Shown: in pieces, positions 59,340 through 64,000 of the stretch | How the letters are laid out: every line of letters starts with the position of its first letter | How positions within the stretch are numbered: the first letter of the stretch is position 1 | NCBI RefSeq assembly: GCF_000315625.1 | Contig: NW_005434461.1 | Span: forward strand, 5,196 to 69,195 | From: Guillardia theta CCMP2712 | Taxonomy: Eukaryota; Protista; Cryptophyta | Direction of reading: 5' to 3' | Length of the DNA: 64,000 nucleotides | The notes under the pieces: generated by a model | Database searches by the model: none | Seen by the model: the letters and a program-made list of their open reading frames with translations, nothing else | Told to the model about the DNA's origin: nothing | Translations under genes and position numbers: made by a program

Positions 59340-62300
59340 CTAACTGTCGTACCGACGTGTTGCTGCAGCTTCTTTCAAGGTTTTCTTCTAAATCTACATG
59401 TTTCTTTCAGCTTCGGCCGATAGATCTGCGATTGTTCTCACCAACACCGAGATACGCGACTGCAGTGATGAAAATTCAGATGATTTCACTTTGAATGGCA
59501 ACGGCAAACCTGCATATCAGCGCGGACATGTCGTTCTTTGTTGATCTTCCATGTCTTGAAAGCATTCATCAACAAGTTAACTGAGTTCAAAGCTTTCTTC
59601 TGCCGACAACTTCAACAGAGCGTGTGTTGCAGCAAAAAAACAAAGTCTTACCTGATACTCGCTGGGAATGTCCATCCTACATGTTTTCAAGGCAGTGTTG
59701 AGAACCAACGTCGGAGACTTCTCAATTGTCTTGCTCCGTAACAGCTCCCTCTCTCTCCTCAGTTTCTTCACCATCCACGTGTTGAACGCATGATTGATCA
59801 GGAGCTGGTCCTGCATGATCCGGGCGAAGAACTTGAGCCGTTGCTCCCTGCTGAAAGACGTCCACTTGTCCAAGGCTGTCCTGAGCAGCAGAGCTCGTCG
59901 TTGTGGTGCTGATAGAATCTCCGCCAAGTTCTCTACGGTCTGTCGGATGGACCTGGTCTTGATGGTGATCCCTTGGAGCCGCAGAAAAGCGCGGAGGAGG
60001 GTTTCAATGCGATCGAAGCAAACTCTCCTCTGCCGCACATCTCTTCCTCGCCTCCGCAGCTCGCACCTGTCGGCGAAGCGGCTGAAGTTCCTACGCTTGT
60101 CTTGCAGGACCCATCTTGACAAGAAGAACGTCGACAACTTGTCTCTTACATACTCCACCTGTCGGTCGTGCATCAGCAGGATGGTAGACCTTGACCTCAG
60201 CTCCCGCCATGAGCGTATGATCTGCCATACAACAAACTCTTGATTGACCCGCATGGCAGCCTTCAACTTGCGCCTTACGTGTAGCGACATTCTTGACAGC
60301 ATGTTCACTTCGTATCGGAAAGCCATGAAGGCCTTTCGGAGTAACAGTTGCTCCACTGCCACCTCCCGCACTCTTTCACCGATCCTCCGCACTCGCACAG
60401 AGAACACTTTGACGTAGAACAAAGTAAATGCAAATCTTAGAATCAACCTGCGGCATGTCCGGTAGTGCTCAACCTTACTTTGTTCCCACTGCTTCTTGAG
60501 TTGTATTTCTCTGTCCCTCTTCTTGGTGATGGCAAGGAAGCTAGAAGACTGTAAACTCAAAAGGATCTTGCTCGTTTCTTTTTCCAACAATCCCATTTGC
60601 AATCCACCTTCAATCACAACGAATTTGTTGCAGTGCAAGATCTCGAGTCTGCTGGTTTGTAATTCTTTAGAGAGATTGTTATCGACAACAAACTCTTGTG
60701 TTTCATCCTTTCTATGCACAAAAACAATAAGATTGTGCAAGTCCTCTGGAAACATTAGAACATTCACCATGTGTTTCGGCAGCTTCAGAAAAGAAGAGAT
60801 CCTCTCCTCTAATGTTCCGGTTAGTGAGGCATCGAAGGCAGAGATTGGAGGATCAAGTTTGCAATTCAGACAGATTGCTGAGGTAAGTTTCCGAGACCAA
60901 CCCTCATGACGACTGATGACACCTTGCAACTGAAAGATTTCTTCCTTCAAAACTTGAAACCGATTCTGATAAATCGATTCCTCATGCCATGATGTCCATC
61001 GATTGAAAGCTGAATACAGCGAGTGTTGATGCCATTTAGATTGAATGAGACGACAAACCTGCCACTCCCCATAGCTGCGAAAGCAAAAAACCTTCAACAT
61101 GTCAAAGAAGTATTTTTTGAGCTTGACACAAAATGTTCGAACAGCAATATGAAAGAACAAACGACGAGCCCGATAAAGCAGAAAGTTATTCAGAAAAGCA
61201 TTCAACACAAAAACAAGTGTTCGTTTGATTGATAGCTGAGCAAGGAAGTGCGATTGCTCCCATTCCTTACGTGACTCAGCCACGCCCTCTACCAGCCGCC
61301 GGAAAGCCTCGGCCGTGTGCCCCTGTATCCTCCGTGCTACGCTCTGTCGGGCCAGCTCCTCGAGCCTCTCCGTCCGATGACCCAGCTTGGCGCTCAGCTC
61401 CGAGCAAGCTTGCTCGAGCCCTCCTACACGTCTGGCCGCCCTCCCTGTCTCGGCATGGCCCAGCCACAGGTCGAAACCCTGGCTGAGCGCCCAAGCTCGG
61501 CGCCGCGCCTCCAGCCTGTCAGCCAGCAGGCACATCCTCCTCCTCCGTACTGCCGCGGCTCTCCAGGTCGCGAAGCTTGCTGCCTGCGTCCTATGCAGCC
61601 AGCGGCCCAGCACCCGACCGCACAGCTCGCGAGCTCGCTTCCGCCACGTCACCAGGTCCAAGTAAAAGTCGAAGGCTGCTGCCAGACGCGCGTGTATCAT
61701 GCGGCGGAGCACTCGCTCGCATAGAGCAAGCTGACGCCTGTCGCGCTGAGCTTGACGGAGCCTCTCGGATCTTGCCTTGTCGGCTTCTTCTGCCCACTTG
61801 TCGTATGCCCGCGACGCCAGCCCGGCCTGCCAGCGCTTGACGGCCCTCGTGCAAGCTTGTCTCCTGACGCGTGCGGCGGATGTCGCTGACCGCCAGCGCT
61901 CCAGCCCCTGCGACAGGTCTCTGCATCGCATCTTGCCCAAGGCCTTCCGGCAGATCTGACGCGCTCGCCGAGCCCGGCCCGTAGCCGACCTCAGCCCCTC
62001 GAACGCCGCTCGCGTCTCGTCGCTCGCGGCTTGACGATCCAGGCGAGCGTGCAACGACTGCTTGAGCGCGTCAAGGTGCTGAGCAAGCTCCTCGCTCCGC
62101 CTCTGCTCGCTCTGGAGCTGGCCCTCGAGCCGGCTGACCTCGCGGTCTTGATCCCGCAAGGCTCGATGCTCCGACACGGCGTCAGCGAAGGCTTCGAAGG
62201 CTCTCCCGAGACCCGTCAGCTCCCGTCTCGTCTGCGCGCGTCGGTCCAGCGCTCGACGCCTCCGTGACTCAGCCACGCCCTCTACCAGCCGCCGGAAAGC

Positions 62301-64000
62301 CTCGGCCGTGTGCCCCTGTATCCTCCGTGCTACGCTCTGTCGGGCCAGCTCCTCGAGCCTCTCCGTCCGATGACCCAGCTTGGCGCTCAGCTCCGAGCAA
62401 GCTTGCTCGAGCCCTCCTACACGTCTGGCCGCCCTCCCTGTCTCGGCATGGCCCAGCCACAGGTCGAAACCCTGGCTGAGCGCCCAAGCTCGGCGCCGCG
62501 CCTCCAGCCTGTCAGCCAGCAGGCACATCCTCCTCCTCCGTACCGCCGCGGCTCTCCAGGTCGCGAAGCTTGCTGCCTGCGTCCTATGCAGCCAGCGGCC
62601 CAGCACCCGACCGCACAGCTCGCGAGCTCGCTTCCGCCACGTCACCAGGTCCAAGTAAAAGTCGAAGGCTGCTGCCAGACGCGCGTGTATCATGCGGCGG
62701 AGCACTCGCTCGCATAGAGCAAGCTGACGCCTGTCGCGCTGAGCTTGACGGAGCCTCTCGGATCTTGCCTTGTCGGCTTCTTCTGCCCACTTGTCGTATG
62801 CCCGCGACGCCAGCCCGGCCTGCCAGCGCTTGACGGCCCTCGTGCAAGCTTGTCTCCTGACGCGTGCGGCGGATGTCGCTGACCGCCAGCGCTCCAGCCC
62901 CTGCGACAGGTCTCTGCATCGCATCTTGCCCAAGGCCTTCCGGCAGATCTGACGCGCTCGCCGAGCCCGGCCCGTAGCCGACCTCAGCCCCTCGAACGCC
63001 GCTCGCGTCTCGTCGCTCGCGGCTTGACGATCCAGGCGAGCGTGCAACGACTGCTTGAGCGCGTCAAGGTGCTGAGCAAGCTCCTCGCTCCGCCTCTGCT
63101 CGCTCTGGAGCTGGCCCTCGAGCCGGCTGACCTCGCGGTCTTGATCCCGCAAGGCTCGATGCTCCGACACGGCGTCAGCGAAGGCTTCGAAGGCTCTCCC
63201 GAGACCCGTCAGCTCCCGTCTCGTCTGCGCGCGTCGGTCCAGCGCTCGACGCCTCCGTGACTCAGCCACGCCCTCTACCAGCCGCCGGAAAGCCTCGGCC
63301 GTGTGCCCCTGTATCCTCCGTGCTACGCTCTGTCGGGCCAGCTCCTCGAGCCTCTCCGTCCGATGACCCAGCTTGGCGCTCAGCTCCGAGCAAGCTTGCT
63401 CGAGCCCTCCTACACGTCTGGCCGCCCTCCCTGTCTCGGCATGGCCCAGCCACAGGTCGAAACCCTGGCTGAGCGCCCAAGCTCGGCGCCGCGCCTCCAG
63501 CCTGTCAGCCAGCAGGCACATCCTCCTCCTCCGTACCGCCGCGGCTCTCCAGGTCGCGAAGCTTGCTGCCTGCGTCCTATGCAGCCAGCGGCCCAGCACC
63601 CGACCGCACAGCTCGCGAGCTCGCTTCCGCCACGTCACCAGGTCCAAGTAAAAGTCGAAGGCTGCTGCCAGACGCGCGTGTATCATGCGGCGGAGCACTC
63701 GCTCGCATAGAGCAAGCTGACGCCTGTCGCGCTGAGCTTGACGGAGCCTCTCGGATCTTGCCTTGTCGGCTTCTTCTGCCCACTTGTCGTATGCCCGCGA
63801 CGCCAGCCCGGCCTGCCAGCGCTTGACGGCCCTCGTGCAAGCTTGTCTCCTGACGCGTGCGGCGGATGTCGCTGACCGCCAGCGCTCCAGCCCCTGCGAC
63901 AGGTCTCTGCATCGCATCTTGCCCAAGGCCTTCCGGCAGATCTGACGCGCTCGCCGAGCCCGGCCCGTAGCCGACCTCAGCCCCTCGAACAGGCATATTC
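59340..64000 (-). CDS. Sfi1-like (putative centrin-binding) long helical repeat protein; 5' end beyond the window
   Basis: ORF of at least 1449 aa with L..(A/G)(F/L/Y)..W motifs, many ~33 aa apart (LSQGLERW, LASRAYDKW, QAASFATW, LSQGFDLW, LYSAFNRW, LRTALDKW, INHAFNTW). A further exon reads LLMNAFKTWK. Confidence 0.7.
61270..63990. repeat. Near-perfect in-frame 993-bp tandem repeat (2.7 copies, 331 aa each)
   Basis: Identical ORF sets recur at a 993-bp offset (61276/62269/63262). Only one substitution was seen (t at 61551 vs c in later copies). Confidence 0.97.

Overview
Intron-rich eukaryotic nuclear DNA with three 100-N scaffold gaps. Bipartite signal+Phe plastid presequences, short GT/GC-AG introns mixed with GA/CT-microsatellite introns, and an RWP-RK gene suggest an alga with a complex red plastid, probably a cryptophyte such as Guillardia (inference only). 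About 18 protein genes can be reconstructed by splicing: a C2-WW protein, a plastid-type FAD oxidoreductase, an RWP-RK factor, a PX protein, a cytochrome P450, AP-3 mu, a Clu-TPR-LRR fusion, PRP4, a plastid-presequenced ketopantoate reductase, a Lon-N-only protein, a U-box-like/R3H/ankyrin protein, a ~2,470-aa secreted Cys-rich protein with eight copies of an unassigned module plus CUB, an FMRP/FXR-like Agenet-Agenet-KH0-KH1-KH2 protein, an Sfi1-like protein with near-perfect 993-bp repeats, and four hypotheticals. The main non-coding feature is a ~1.9-kb tandem array (11.96-16.68 kb) tied to a ~36-bp motif that also occurs inverted just upstream and, as its core, at 24.65 kb. The best leads are the Fragile-X-like gene, the unassigned repeated extracellular domain, and the array/inverted-motif element. 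No database searches were run; family calls rest on motif recognition.
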